Source: a virus
Reading direction: 5' to 3' (one strand)
DNA: 64,000 nt
Virus record (IMG/VR): IMGVR_UViG_3300009537_001827
Coordinates: 2,320-66,319 of that record
The translations under genes and the position numbers were made by a program. Position 1 is the stretch's first letter, and each line of letters begins with the position of its first letter. Under the pieces are notes generated by a model that saw only the letters and a list, made by a program, of their open reading frames with translations, ran no database searches and had not been told where the DNA came from. This document shows positions 25,417-35,635 of this stretch, one piece after another.

Positions 25417-28400
25417 CTACACCCTCACGATTGCCATGTGAATGAAGACGTTCTGAAACGGGACCCCGCCAGCCAGACTCGCATGGAGTTCGGCTCCCGC
25501 TGCCGTCTCGAACGCCGGGAGGTCATTCGATCCAAAGAACGAAATCCCGTTTCCGAGCGGTCCGATTTCATAAATGATCGGGCCTATTGAAGCCTCCCTG
25601 AATCGGATCCTTGCACTCGGAGTCCCCGAGGCCCGTGTCGCCACATACGACAGAACCCGAATCTTCTTGCCGGGCACATCTCCGAACAGAAGCGTTCCTC
25701 CGAAGACGGAGAGTGACGCTTCGACGAATTCGAGGCTCTCGTCAATCAATTCCTCGATGCTCTCCCACGGGGTCACAAGCAAAGACGACACCGGCTGGGG
25801 AGGTCCGATAATCGCTCTCTCGGGATCGTGCAGCGCACCCGTCACCGGATCGACGGGAGAGGCTTCCGGGAACGGCAACGCCGCCCGGGTCGGACGCAGG
25901 ATCTTCCCACGCTGCAACGTCACGGTCGGGCCGACAATCGTCCCGAGCCCCGGCAACACTTCGTAAGGAACCGTGATCGTGTTCCTGACACCTAGCAGGA
26001 TCTCGTAGAGCGTCTCGACGGAGACGGTCTGCCCGGAGCCGCCCTGCAAGATTTCGTGGAGCGTCTCGACGGACTCGAAAACCGGGCCTCTCGACTCCCA
26101 GAACGGAATGACGAGATTCGCGACTCCGCTTCCCGCCTCCCACAGATGAGTCATCCCGGATTGTATCCCTAGCAACACTTCAACGAGAATGACCTCTGAG
26201 GCGCCTATCTTGCCCTTAGCCTCCCACGGGGGCGTCTTCGACCGGGAAATGCCTTGGAGCCGCTCATACAGGGGGTTGCTGGCCCTTCTGAGCGCCTGAC
26301 TCGACTCCCACGGGCAGTCAAGGACGCTCAATGACCCAAACAGACTCTCCCAAGGGGTCTGGTCTGTCTGACGAAGCGACTGCCTCGATTCCCACTCCGT
26401 ACTCCGCGCAGAGGAAGTCTCCCCTTCGGCCTCCCAGAAAACAGATCCGTCGTTGGATGCGAATCCGGCTGTCGCCCAATCGACAACCTCTTCCTGCTCA
26501 ACGTGCAGAAGAGACTCCCACGGGGCCGTCACCGATGAGGGAGACACCCTCCCTCTCGCTTCCCAGAACGGAGAGGCAGGGACACGAAGACCTCGCTCAA
26601 CCTCCCAAGGCGTCTGCTCAACCTTCACCGAACTCCCAAGAATTTCGAGAGGAACCGTGAAGTCGGGTTCGAGCCCGGTCAGCGACTCCCAACTCACCTC
26701 GCCAATCGGCGTCCCGACCGGAGCGAAACTGAACGATGCTCCGCCGTAGAAACCGCCCGGAGGAGAAAGACTCGCGACCTCGACATCCGATGCGTCGAGA
26801 ACTTTGACAGTCGTCTCCGGGAAGGCCCACTCTCTCCACGTCGAGAGAGGAATCGTCGCCGTACCCCCGGACTCAACAACCGCAGGCCTGCTGCCCACCT
26901 GCAACTTGTAGCCCGAGGGCAATCCCGTTATCATGATCGCGCCGCCAGAAGCGTTGCCCATCGCGATGTGATCGTCCCACCGGACTTCCCTGTACTTCGT
27001 GAACCCGTATCGACCGGTGTCCGACAGAGGAGAGCCATCGGTGATCTGTACCCTCTGAACGAAGTCCTCGGTCAGGTCATCGCTCGATGCCAGCGCAATG
27101 GTGAAGAGCCCGGTCAGGGCCAAACTCGGGCCACTGGCCTCGACGGACATCCGGACGCCGTACCATGTCGCGGCGAGAAATTGCTGGACGCCATCGAGGT
27201 CCTGAAGCGAGACGCCGCCGCTGACATACTTGGTAATCTCCGCGTCGTTGACGTTGCTGAAGCCGCAGTAGTAGGACGTGTCCGCACCCCCGAGCTTCCG
27301 CGTACAGATGCCACCGAAGTTCCCATTCACCGCGATCCGGATAGCCGACTGGAGCACATACCCCGTAGCGGGCAACGCCGGAGTCGAACGCCACACATCC
27401 CCATTTGACCACACTGCTTGCGTATCGAGAAGCTGTAGGGAGTCGATCTCGAAACTCGTGTCGTCTTCGGTCCAGCCGCCCCCAACCGTCGCACTGTCCG
27501 GTCGGTTGAAGTCGTCGAGGTTGATCAAACCATCCGAGATCATCGTGATCCCGGACGGACCGCCCGCCGCACCGGAGACGACCGTGAGCAGGAACTCGAC
27601 GATGATCTCCGGACCAACCGTCAACAGGCCGCGAGAGTCCCAGAACACCGAGCCCGCAGACACGGCTCCCTGCAAGCTCTCCAACGGGACTTCACTCTCC
27701 AGATGGAGGATCTGGGCACTCTCCCACTCGATCTCCTGCTCCTTCGCAAGCAACTGCCCGAGCGACTCCCAGAAGATCGTCGGGGCTGAGAAGACGCGAC
27801 CCTCTGTCTCCCAAGCGACACCGAGAGTCGGAGAGAGCCCGAGCAGAAACTCGCTCTCCGAGCCCTGCGTCTGTTGAACGCTCAGCAGCCACTCGACAGG
27901 CGTCCCCACAGAAACGGAGAGACGACCTTTCGCTTCCCAGAAAATCTCGGGGGAGGGACGAAGACCTTGAAGAACCTCGACGGTGACAGGCGGAGTATTC
28001 GATACAATCTCGGTGCGGGAGGCTTCCCACGGAATCACCAGTTCCCCGGTGACCACGCCTTTCGTCTCCCAGAAGATCCCTTCTTCCTGATAGACGCCCT
28101 GTAGAAACTCCGCTGGAGGGACGTTACTCTGGCTGACCCCAAGCAACGACTCCCACGGGGAAGAAGTGTCGTTGAAGACAGGCCCCGCCGACTCCCATGA
28201 CACCCCCGCAGCCTGATTGACGCCCCCGCCTGCATCCCAAGGGGGTACAGTCGTCTGAGAGACACCCTGCGAGAATTCGACGGGAGGGTCGTTCGTCTGC
28301 GAGATGCCCTGAACGCTCTCCCAAGAAACCGCGAGCCCCGCCGAGACGGCGACCATACTCGTCGCCGCAATGATCTTTCGGAATTGCGGTCTGCCCTCAG

Positions 28401-28434
28401 GGCGAACGAGCCGGAGGTGCGGGTAGAACCTCAT
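25417..28434 (-). CDS. Repeat-rich tail fibre-like protein (15-aa PWES repeats, central beta-sandwich insert)
   Basis: Dozens of [PF]WE[SA]/VEFL units spaced ~15 aa; central DDFNRPDS..GGGW domain. Confidence 0.7.
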   Translation of the reverse strand: MRFYPHLRLVRPEGRPQFRKIIAATSMVAVSAGLAVSWESVQGISQTNDPPVEFSQGVSQTTVPPWDAGGGVNQAAGVSWESAGPVFNDTSSPWESLLGVSQSNVPPAEFLQGVYQEEGIFWETKGVVTGELVIPWEASRTEIVSNTPPVTVEVLQGLRPSPEIFWEAKGRLSVSVGTPVEWLLSVQQTQGSESEFLLGLSPTLGVAWETEGRVFSAPTIFWESLGQLLAKEQEIEWESAQILHLESEVPLESLQGAVSAGSVFWDSRGLLTVGPEIIVEFLLTVVSGAAGGPSGITMISDGLINLDDFNRPDSATVGGGWTEDDTSFEIDSLQLLDTQAVWSNGDVWRSTPALPATGYVLQSAIRIAVNGNFGGICTRKLGGADTSYYCGFSNVNDAEITKYVSGGVSLQDLDGVQQFLAATWYGVRMSVEASGPSLALTGLFTIALASSDDLTEDFVQRVQITDGSPLSDTGRYGFTKYREVRWDDHIAMGNASGGAIMITGLPSGYKLQVGSRPAVVESGGTATIPLSTWREWAFPETTVKVLDASDVEVASLSPPGGFYGGASFSFAPVGTPIGEVSWESLTGLEPDFTVPLEILGSSVKVEQTPWEVERGLRVPASPFWEARGRVSPSSVTAPWESLLHVEQEEVVDWATAGFASNDGSVFWEAEGETSSARSTEWESRQSLRQTDQTPWESLFGSLSVLDCPWESSQALRRASNPLYERLQGISRSKTPPWEAKGKIGASEVILVEVLLGIQSGMTHLWEAGSGVANLVIPFWESRGPVFESVETLHEILQGGSGQTVSVETLYEILLGVRNTITVPYEVLPGLGTIVGPTVTLQRGKILRPTRAALPFPEASPVDPVTGALHDPERAIIGPPQPVSSLLVTPWESIEELIDESLEFVEASLSVFGGTLLFGDVPGKKIRVLSYVATRASGTPSARIRFREASIGPIIYEIGPLGNGISFFGSNDLPAFETAAGAELHASLAGGVPFQNVFIHMAIVRV

Positions 28435-28440
28435 CGACGA

Positions 28441-28887
28441 CTAACCGATAGCTCCGAAGGTCATTCCCGCCGTCATGGTCATCGATGCGAGAGGAGCAAT
28501 GTCCGACCGGAGCACGATGATCCCCGAAGGCGGAACGATGACCCTCTCCTCGGGCATCGGAACGTAGATGAATCCGTTGAGAATGTTGAAGTTCTCGTTG
28601 TTGAATGGGCTGCCTGTCAAGGTCGGCTCAGCGGTCAGGTTCACCGCCGCCGAACCTGAAAAGGCCGAGTCACCGACTTCGTGCGGCTGCGGAGTCACCG
28701 CCGTTCCCGTACCTGTCGTGCTGGCTCTCTGGATCAAAGCACGGAGCTGCTCGCTCGTCACCTTCGTTTCCTGCGTGATCCAAGCCCTCAACAGCACGAG
28801 TGCCGATGTCCCGTTCGCAGATACCCGTATCAGCGTCTTCGCTGCGGTCACCGCAGTCGGTGCCATACGGACCGTGTAGACTCTCAT
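28441..28887 (-). CDS. Putative virion structural protein
   Basis: Beta-rich, Thr/Ala-rich; within the fibre cluster. Confidence 0.6.
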   Translation of the reverse strand: MRVYTVRMAPTAVTAAKTLIRVSANGTSALVLLRAWITQETKVTSEQLRALIQRASTTGTGTAVTPQPHEVGDSAFSGSAAVNLTAEPTLTGSPFNNENFNILNGFIYVPMPEERVIVPPSGIIVLRSDIAPLASMTMTAGMTFGAIG

Positions 28888-28888
28888 C

Positions 28889-30217
28889 TTAGTGAACTCC
28901 TCCTGTTACTGCGCCTCGAATCGGAATCTCAGCGCGACGAATTCGCGGATCCCTTGATATGAAATCCTCTGCAAGAACTCCTGCGGGTCCAATGCTAACG
29001 ACGAACGCGAAGTTGCTCGCATTGTCGGCGGTGGTCATCCGGAACGTCCAGCCATCGGAGTTCCGACTGATAATGTCCATGACACCGCTCTGAGTCCCTG
29101 TCGGAGTTATCCGACTGTAAACCGCATCGATCCTCTGACATCGGTAGAACTCCGATGTTGCGACCCCATCCCTACTTATGAAGGCAGCAACATCCCTGTC
29201 GGTGGGTCCGATACCCACCCCACCCGAAACGCGACCCTGCACATGGCTGTCATTCTGAGCATCCTCTGCTGCTCCTGTCCCATAGACGAGGCAACAAGCA
29301 GGCTCGAACGCGAGTCCGCTAATCGGGATGTCCGTCACCGTATTGGTCAGCGTGGCAATCTGTGTCACAGCAACCTGCAAACCAGCACCGCCGCTGAATG
29401 CAACCCACATGAACAGGTCGTCGTCCGCCTCGATGACGTTTAGAGTGAATCCGTCAGTCACCGCTCCGGTAACGCTGTATCGAGCGTTCTCCGCCCCGGA
29501 AGTGTTGAGGCGCATGTGACACTCGGAACCGTGCAAACCAGCACCGAGATCATTCGTCGTGCCCACGCCGCCTTCATCACAGAACGTGATGAAGCCTTGA
29601 TTCGGATTGAAAGCACTCCAGCCAACCCAACAGCCACGCCACTCTGTCGCATTGAGATCGGGAGGCGCACTGTTATTGCCCATGCCCATCATCTGGACGA
29701 GAACGGTGTCGTTGAATCCGGCTCCCGTGACGTTTCTCGGGCCTGTTGTTCCATCTTCGAGAAACGATCCCATCGCGATGGAGCCGACCGAACTCCCTCC
29801 AACAGCCAGAACGTCCAACAAGAGATCGCCGCCCTGACCCGGATCGTTCTGAACATCAACGATTAGGGTGTAGCCATCACCGCCACCGGGACCTGTCATC
29901 GCATCGATGTCGATACGACCTTGATGAGCGCCGCCAGCAGTTAGGGTCCCTACGATCCCATCGTTACGGATCGCCCTAACAGCAACCGTCGTGCCGACGT
30001 TATCCTGAATCCGCCCGCAGAGAAATTGCCTCTGAGATGGTCCGGTCCCAACGCCATGCCCGAAGTTCCCATTGCCTTTGCTAATGTCGGCACCAGCAGA
30101 GAGCCCGGTCCATCGGATGTAGAGGAACTTCGGCGCAAACGGCAAACTCCGCTCGATCTTCGTACCGGCGACTGAGTTTCCAAACGAGAACCTATCCCGA
30201 GCAGCGAAGACAGACAT
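28889..30217 (-). CDS. Putative tail fibre protein with internal repeats
   Basis: Three similar segments (LPFAP/AGFND/LAFEP ... DGYTL/DGFTL/DGWTF); lower GC. Confidence 0.6.
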   Translation of the reverse strand: MSVFAARDRFSFGNSVAGTKIERSLPFAPKFLYIRWTGLSAGADISKGNGNFGHGVGTGPSQRQFLCGRIQDNVGTTVAVRAIRNDGIVGTLTAGGAHQGRIDIDAMTGPGGGDGYTLIVDVQNDPGQGGDLLLDVLAVGGSSVGSIAMGSFLEDGTTGPRNVTGAGFNDTVLVQMMGMGNNSAPPDLNATEWRGCWVGWSAFNPNQGFITFCDEGGVGTTNDLGAGLHGSECHMRLNTSGAENARYSVTGAVTDGFTLNVIEADDDLFMWVAFSGGAGLQVAVTQIATLTNTVTDIPISGLAFEPACCLVYGTGAAEDAQNDSHVQGRVSGGVGIGPTDRDVAAFISRDGVATSEFYRCQRIDAVYSRITPTGTQSGVMDIISRNSDGWTFRMTTADNASNFAFVVSIGPAGVLAEDFISRDPRIRRAEIPIRGAVTGGVH

Positions 30218-30219
30218 CG

Positions 30220-30525
30220 CTAGAGCCCTAACCTCGCAACAGTGGCGGCCTTGTCAGTCCAAATTTTCCTCGACTGGATCAAGTCGAAGACATCTGTAAC
30301 TTCCTGCTCTGAAAGATTGTTGGCGACGACCTTGGCGATCACGAGTTGAAGTTCCGTTACCGATTGGTCGGTCAACCCCAGAGCATTCTTCGCCGTGTTT
30401 CCGTTGATCACACCACGACGAACTTCCCTGACAGCAGCAGCGAGATTGTGAGAACTAACCGCAGGAATTTCGGTTACTCCGTCCTCATCAATGCCGCGAA
30501 GTTGCTCGAATAGACCATTAGCCAT
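30220..30525 (-). CDS. Hypothetical protein (possible fibre chaperone or partner)
   Basis: AGGAG RBS; coupled to the fibre gene. Confidence 0.6.
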   Translation of the reverse strand: MANGLFEQLRGIDEDGVTEIPAVSSHNLAAAVREVRRGVINGNTAKNALGLTDQSVTELQLVIAKVVANNLSEQEVTDVFDLIQSRKIWTDKAATVARLGL

Positions 30526-30622
30526 GACACACTCCTAGATCGTGAGAGGGCCTTTATCCCGGCCTGTTACCCCCTCCAGCCTGCGGGACTGCTGACCGAG
30601 CCGCACTTCGTCACGAGGGCGA

Positions 30623-30940
30623 CTACTTCTGAAAGAGAGGCTTGCCCTCGTCGTCGTAGAAGATCGGCGCACGGTATTCGCCCGTGAGTCCACACTTCGG
30701 GCACTTGTACTCGTGCGTCTCTCCGTCCCACGGACCCTTCACGATGGTATCGTTGAAGTCCGCACCGCATCCAGAACGGTTCTTCCGATCCGCCTGTCTC
30801 GCTTCCGGGAGCCTGCCCTCTTCGAGCAGGGCATTCACCGTCTTGCGAGCCGCCTCAGAAAGCGTACCCCGGCACCGACGCTTGATGGCCCGGATATGCT
30901 CCTCAGCGTCTTTCTTGGTCATCTTCGCCATGATTCTCAT
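30623..30940 (-). CDS. Zinc-ribbon protein
   Basis: CRG, CGADF, YKCPKCG. Confidence 0.65.
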   Translation of the reverse strand: MRIMAKMTKKDAEEHIRAIKRRCRGTLSEAARKTVNALLEEGRLPEARQADRKNRSGCGADFNDTIVKGPWDGETHEYKCPKCGLTGEYRAPIFYDDEGKPLFQK

Positions 30941-30962
30941 ACTCCGTTGAAAGTGTAAGCTA

Positions 30963-31706
30963 TTACACAGTGGTTCCGCTCAACTGCGAAGTGAAAGTGG
31001 TTTTCTGAGCGGCGTCATCCGCAATGAGCGACTGCTCAATCCACGTACCGATGGCTTCGGCCGCAGCGAGCACGGTGGTCGGCACCGAGATGGCCACGCC
31101 GTCATCGACGAACGAGACGCCACCCGGGGCGGTCTTCCTGTTCGCGACCGAGCCGGAGTCACCCTTCGCGGTGGCCAGACCAATCTTGATCTTCGCTGCC
31201 GGGTCAGCAGTCAACTCGACCTCGGCATCGTTGAGCGTCAGCGATGCGTTCGTGTTCTTCCAGAAGAACTTCTCGTAACGCTGCGTCGGAGACGCCTCCG
31301 AAGCCGACTTGAGGAACATCCCGTTCCGAGAAGTCTCATTCGGTCCGATAGTCGCACGGGTCGGACCCGCCGAGCCCTGTGTGACCGTGACCGTCCGGGC
31401 ACCATCGGTTCCTGACAGTACGAGCTTCAGGATGCGCTCGAAAGTCTTCGCGCCGACGACCTCTACGGCACCGGTCAAAGAGAGGACTTCGGTATCGACA
31501 GCACCGGTCGCAAGCCTGCCAGTCACGGTCAGGGTACGGACATCGGCACCATCGGACACCGCTGCGATGACGCTGTTGGCCGTCAACTGCGTCATCTCGG
31601 GACGATTCAGAAGATCAATCGCCCCTCCGGATGTGCTGACATCATCCTCCGGTCGGGCAGCCGACCCATAGGCGATGAGTTCAGCGGCGGTGATGGACAT
31701 CTGCAA
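30963..31706 (-). CDS. Putative virion structural protein
   Basis: Ala/Thr/Gly-rich with strong codon bias; AAGGAG RBS. Confidence 0.65.
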   Translation of the reverse strand: MQMSITAAELIAYGSAARPEDDVSTSGGAIDLLNRPEMTQLTANSVIAAVSDGADVRTLTVTGRLATGAVDTEVLSLTGAVEVVGAKTFERILKLVLSGTDGARTVTVTQGSAGPTRATIGPNETSRNGMFLKSASEASPTQRYEKFFWKNTNASLTLNDAEVELTADPAAKIKIGLATAKGDSGSVANRKTAPGGVSFVDDGVAISVPTTVLAAAEAIGTWIEQSLIADDAAQKTTFTSQLSGTTV

Positions 31707-31770
31707 TTCTCCTTTGAAGCAGGTGGATTTCGCGGTGATGGAACTACGAACAATCTATTTCAAACTCCGG

Positions 31771-33297
31771 TTAGTACTCAACCGGTGTGGTTCTCTCGAA
31801 AGTATGGACGTTGACGAGCCCGAAACGCAATGCGGTCTGATTCAAGTTGTCTCCATCGATGTAGAAGAGGGCCTCCCTCTCCCACGAATCCGACTTCGCC
31901 GCGCTGTCGGGCGGGAACTCCAAGACCGACGTATCGACCAGAGATCCATCGACGTAGAAGCGCGTCTCGCCAGCAATGATGACGATTTCGAGGTAGTGAG
32001 GATCGACGGGACTGATCCCGGTGTCAAAATCATCCGTGACGGCCCCGAAAGAAGCATCGTCCTGAACTCTGGCCTTCCAATTCCCGGCCCCCTCGGCAAC
32101 AAAGCCCACGATGGGCTCCTTATCCGTCCCTTTGTTACCCCGGAGAGCGAAACCAACGATGGCGAGATCAATGCTCGCCCGATTCATGTCTTCGATCCAA
32201 GCCAGAGCACCGAAGTACCAACCAATCGGAGAGGCGTCAAACCGGTTATAGAGTCCCCATCTCACGTCCTGCTGCTGCGTGTCGAGGACGAGGTACGCCG
32301 CAGCGTCATCGGGATTCCCCTGACCTATCGGGGCCAGACACCTGCCGACCCAGAACTGATCGTTGTTCGTCCAGAGTCCTTTGTTGACGAGCGAGGAATT
32401 GAAGAGAACGAAGTCTCCTTCTAGCGTGCCTCCTCGACCCCTGTAGATCCTCGCAGCACTAGGATTCTCGCCCGAGAGATTTCCATTCCAGAACGCGCCG
32501 AAAAAATAGCTCGGTCGGAAGACATTGAGACGGGCTTCGCTCAGGACCGGATCGGATTCGCTCGTCAGCCAGTAGTAATGAAAACGCTCCATCGCGATGT
32601 CCATCGAGACAGGGTTCGACCCATCACCCTTGATGTGCGCCCCGATGTATCTCAACGACTGATGGTCGGTCACCGTGAGTGCAGGGAAGAGCAACACACT
32701 GGTCCGACGCAAAAGGCCATCGACGTAAAACCTCACCGATCCCGGCTGAACGACTATCTCCAACAGGCGAGGCGTGGTCGGGCTGAGCCCGGTGTCAAAC
32801 TGGTCAACTGTCCCCGCTCCATCTTCGACTCGACAGAGCCAGTTCCCCGAGCCCTGAATGAAGAAGCCAATGACAGGCCGCACGCGAGCATTGAATCCGT
32901 TGTCGAACGTATCGGGTCTGCCGAACCCGCACAGAGCGAACTCGATGTTCGCCCGGTTCAGATCCGCGATCTTCACGAAAGCCCGGTAGTACATCCCGAC
33001 CGGAGCACCGGTCTGCTTGTTGAAAATCGCATGGAACGCACCTCCGTAATAACGATGCGCTTGAGAGGCCGCAGCCGCGCCAGCGGGAGCCGTCAGCCTC
33101 AGATTCGGCAGGCCATCATTCGTGCTGAAGACTCCTGAGATACCCGCTGTGTTCCTGTCAGCATAGACAGGAAGAGAAAAACTGGAGAGAAAGTCCACGG
33201 CCCGGAACGTGTGGGCAATCTCGTGCTCCGAGGCGTACCAGATGAGCCCTTGCGAATTGCCCTGTCGGGCGGAAGCAAGAACGGAATCGACAGCCAT
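31771..33297 (-). CDS. Tandem ConA/LamG-like beta-sandwich protein (two copies)
   Basis: Two copies of P[VI][IV]GF....GNW..RV.D....FDTG.SP..P..LEIV...G..RFYVDG. Confidence 0.7.
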   Translation of the reverse strand: MAVDSVLASARQGNSQGLIWYASEHEIAHTFRAVDFLSSFSLPVYADRNTAGISGVFSTNDGLPNLRLTAPAGAAAASQAHRYYGGAFHAIFNKQTGAPVGMYYRAFVKIADLNRANIEFALCGFGRPDTFDNGFNARVRPVIGFFIQGSGNWLCRVEDGAGTVDQFDTGLSPTTPRLLEIVVQPGSVRFYVDGLLRRTSVLLFPALTVTDHQSLRYIGAHIKGDGSNPVSMDIAMERFHYYWLTSESDPVLSEARLNVFRPSYFFGAFWNGNLSGENPSAARIYRGRGGTLEGDFVLFNSSLVNKGLWTNNDQFWVGRCLAPIGQGNPDDAAAYLVLDTQQQDVRWGLYNRFDASPIGWYFGALAWIEDMNRASIDLAIVGFALRGNKGTDKEPIVGFVAEGAGNWKARVQDDASFGAVTDDFDTGISPVDPHYLEIVIIAGETRFYVDGSLVDTSVLEFPPDSAAKSDSWEREALFYIDGDNLNQTALRFGLVNVHTFERTTPVEY

Positions 33298-34082
33298 CAG
33301 TCGAGCACCGGAAAAGAGTGTGCCGCGAACATCCCGAGTCGAGCCTCGCTCGCCGCCACGTTATCCCCACCAATGTAGACCATCGCGAAGCGAACGTACC
33401 CACCTGTCGGTTTCGCACAACTCGCCGGAGGATATTCGAGCGTGCTCGTGAACTTGTGGAGGCCATCGATGTAGAATCGCGTCTCGCCCGGCCGAATGAC
33501 CATCTCCAGCAGACTCGACACGAGAGGATCAACGCCGAGGTCCACCTCTTCAGTCGCGGGACTCGATGCATCGAGGACATCCACACGGGACTTCCAGTTG
33601 CTCAACCCGTTCGCGATGAACCCAATCAGAGGCCGCTTGTCGAACGCGAGATCCCCGAATTCTCCGAAGCCGACGAAGAGAGGGTCCATCGTGCTCTGCC
33701 CGGAGTGCAACCGAATCTGACATCGGAGGTACAGTCCGTAAGGCAGAGGAGAAGACAGACCGGATTGTTTGTTGACAACCCAGACGCCCTCACCATCTGA
33801 CCGACTATCGCCCCCGCCATTGAGCGAAGAGAAGAAGAGCGAGTACGCATCATCGGGATTCCCCTGCCCTGTCCTCGACGCAATCCGGATGCAATCCTCA
33901 CCATCTCCGGCGGTAAACAGACCGGTTGACAGAGCGACAGTCGTACCGAATGTCTGTCGGGCTCGGGCCGACCACGATCCCACCCGCCAGTCTCCGACTG
34001 TTCGGGCTCTCTCGCCGACATAGACGAAGTAGTACTGCCCCGCGAGATACCTCCGCGCCCGAACGAGGGCCGAGTCAGCCAT
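33297..34082 (-). CDS. Single-copy paralog of the ConA/LamG-like domain
   Basis: PLIGF...SNWKSRVD...DLGVDP...LLEMVIRPGETRFYIDG. Confidence 0.7.
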   Translation of the reverse strand: MADSALVRARRYLAGQYYFVYVGERARTVGDWRVGSWSARARQTFGTTVALSTGLFTAGDGEDCIRIASRTGQGNPDDAYSLFFSSLNGGGDSRSDGEGVWVVNKQSGLSSPLPYGLYLRCQIRLHSGQSTMDPLFVGFGEFGDLAFDKRPLIGFIANGLSNWKSRVDVLDASSPATEEVDLGVDPLVSSLLEMVIRPGETRFYIDGLHKFTSTLEYPPASCAKPTGGYVRFAMVYIGGDNVAASEARLGMFAAHSFPVLD

Positions 34083-35368
34083 CAGACCGGAGGATTGTCC
34101 GGGTAATCAAAGAAACCGTACCGTTGCTCAAGGGCCTTACTCGCACACCCGCCGCCACCCACGACACGCTCATACCTGAGCCCATCGCTCGAAGTAAAGA
34201 AACCAGTCGGAAACGAGGCACCGCCCCCACCCGGAGGGTCATCCCCGAAGACCGCGTGACTCACCACAAAGCGTGAGCCGAAGTGACTGTTCGGAGGGAT
34301 CGTGAAAGCGTTGTTGTGCTTCTCTTCGCCATCGACGAAGAACTTCACCGCACCGGGAATCACCACGATCTCCAGCAGGTGAGGCTCGTCGATCATGTTG
34401 ATCCCGAGATCAATCCCTTCCGTTTGCTGACCACTGGACTCACCGTCTTGCGTGACCGCCCTGAGAGTCGTGGGAACTCTTGACCCCGCGATACCGACCC
34501 CGATGACCTCGAAGTACGCGAACGCGCCATTCCCGGGATAGTTGAAGTCCTGTGCGATCCCCCACAGCGCCGCCTGCAAGTACTCTGTGTTAGCAGGATC
34601 GACAGAGACAAGACCCCGGTAATAGAGTCCCCAACCTCCCGCGTGCCGGGTGGAGAAAGGCACTGTGTCCGGCATCCGGCGGGCATACCCCGACCTTCCA
34701 GCACCGCCATACGCCGCATTGATCGAGCCTGTCGCAATCGGGATGTTCGAGGCAGAGTTCGTTCCCGCCGGAGCCGTCGCCATCGTCTCCGTCGCACCCC
34801 AACTAAGCCATCCTGCCTGATCCTGAGACGAGCGGGCCAGTGATAGGAACGGATCGACCGCAGGCGGAGGTTCGGACTCCCACGGAATCTCGACCGAATT
34901 CGAGATGAACTTGTCTCTCGGGACGATGTTCGGCTGGACCGCCCTCTGGATCAGCGTGTCATCTATCGTCACCCGGGCGATCCGATTCGTGTTGAGCGTC
35001 CGGTAGAGGAGATCGAACCGGAGGCTCCGGGTGTTCCCCTGAAGGTTCCGGGTCAGGATGATCCCGTCTATCGACACCCGGGGAACGTAGTCCTCGATAT
35101 TCTGTCGAAGCTGGAAGGAGACAACGGGCAGGAGGATGTCGAGTTCCACCCCGGCCTGCTCCAGTTGATCGAGGTCCACTCCATAATCCGGCTGCCAGAA
35201 CTTCGCACCACGGAGAAAGTCGAGCAGGAAGTGGATGTTGCTTCTCTGCGCCCCCTCCATCGACAGGAAAGCACCGGACTTCGCGACCTGCATCGGATAG
35301 ATCACGCTCCGGATGCGCTGGATGTGCTCCGGCCTGTTGAAGAGATTCGCGACTTCCCTCGGGCTCAT
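34082..35368 (-). CDS. gp25/gpW-like baseplate wedge fused to a ConA/LamG-like domain
   Basis: N-terminal IYP...RSNIHFLL...GAKFWQPDYG...IEDYVPRV (gp25 signature); C-terminal PHLLEIVVIPGAVKFFVDG. Confidence 0.75.
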   Translation of the reverse strand: MSPREVANLFNRPEHIQRIRSVIYPMQVAKSGAFLSMEGAQRSNIHFLLDFLRGAKFWQPDYGVDLDQLEQAGVELDILLPVVSFQLRQNIEDYVPRVSIDGIILTRNLQGNTRSLRFDLLYRTLNTNRIARVTIDDTLIQRAVQPNIVPRDKFISNSVEIPWESEPPPAVDPFLSLARSSQDQAGWLSWGATETMATAPAGTNSASNIPIATGSINAAYGGAGRSGYARRMPDTVPFSTRHAGGWGLYYRGLVSVDPANTEYLQAALWGIAQDFNYPGNGAFAYFEVIGVGIAGSRVPTTLRAVTQDGESSGQQTEGIDLGINMIDEPHLLEIVVIPGAVKFFVDGEEKHNNAFTIPPNSHFGSRFVVSHAVFGDDPPGGGGASFPTGFFTSSDGLRYERVVGGGGCASKALEQRYGFFDYPDNPPV

Positions 35369-35634
35369 GTCTGCGCTCCGGTCGTCACGGTCGGCAACGT
35401 CACGAACATCGAGAGATCATACTCCGCCGGGTGAAGCAGTCGGCTCGACTCAGCGATGTCCGCCCATCGTGTGTGGTCCCCGTAGACCACGGAAGCCAAC
35501 GATTGAAGAGCAAAGCCTTCCGCCCGGACGAGTGGCGGAGTGATCTCAATTCTCGGAACCACGGCAGGGAACGACCTCCGTTCGAGGAACGTCCTCTCAC
35601 CTGTATCCGCATTGATCGGATACTTGATAGCCAT
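35365..35634 (-). CDS. LysM-like baseplate protein (gp53/P2 gpX-like)
   Basis: LQSLASVVYGDHTRWADIAES. Confidence 0.75.
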   Translation of the reverse strand: MAIKYPINADTGERTFLERRSFPAVVPRIEITPPLVRAEGFALQSLASVVYGDHTRWADIAESSRLLHPAEYDLSMFVTLPTVTTGAQT

Positions 35635-35635
35635 C

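Noticed and set aside
25417-28434. CRISPR array or DGR repeat in the recurrent ctccca-type DNA repeats
   Set aside because: Repeats are degenerate codons of a protein repeat; no identical direct repeats with spacers and no reverse transcriptase seen
30540-30616. Possible structured RNA or HDV-like ribozyme between two genes
   Set aside because: Only short alternative stems (TCGTGA/TCACGA, TCCCG/CGGGA); could not build a convincing fold by eye
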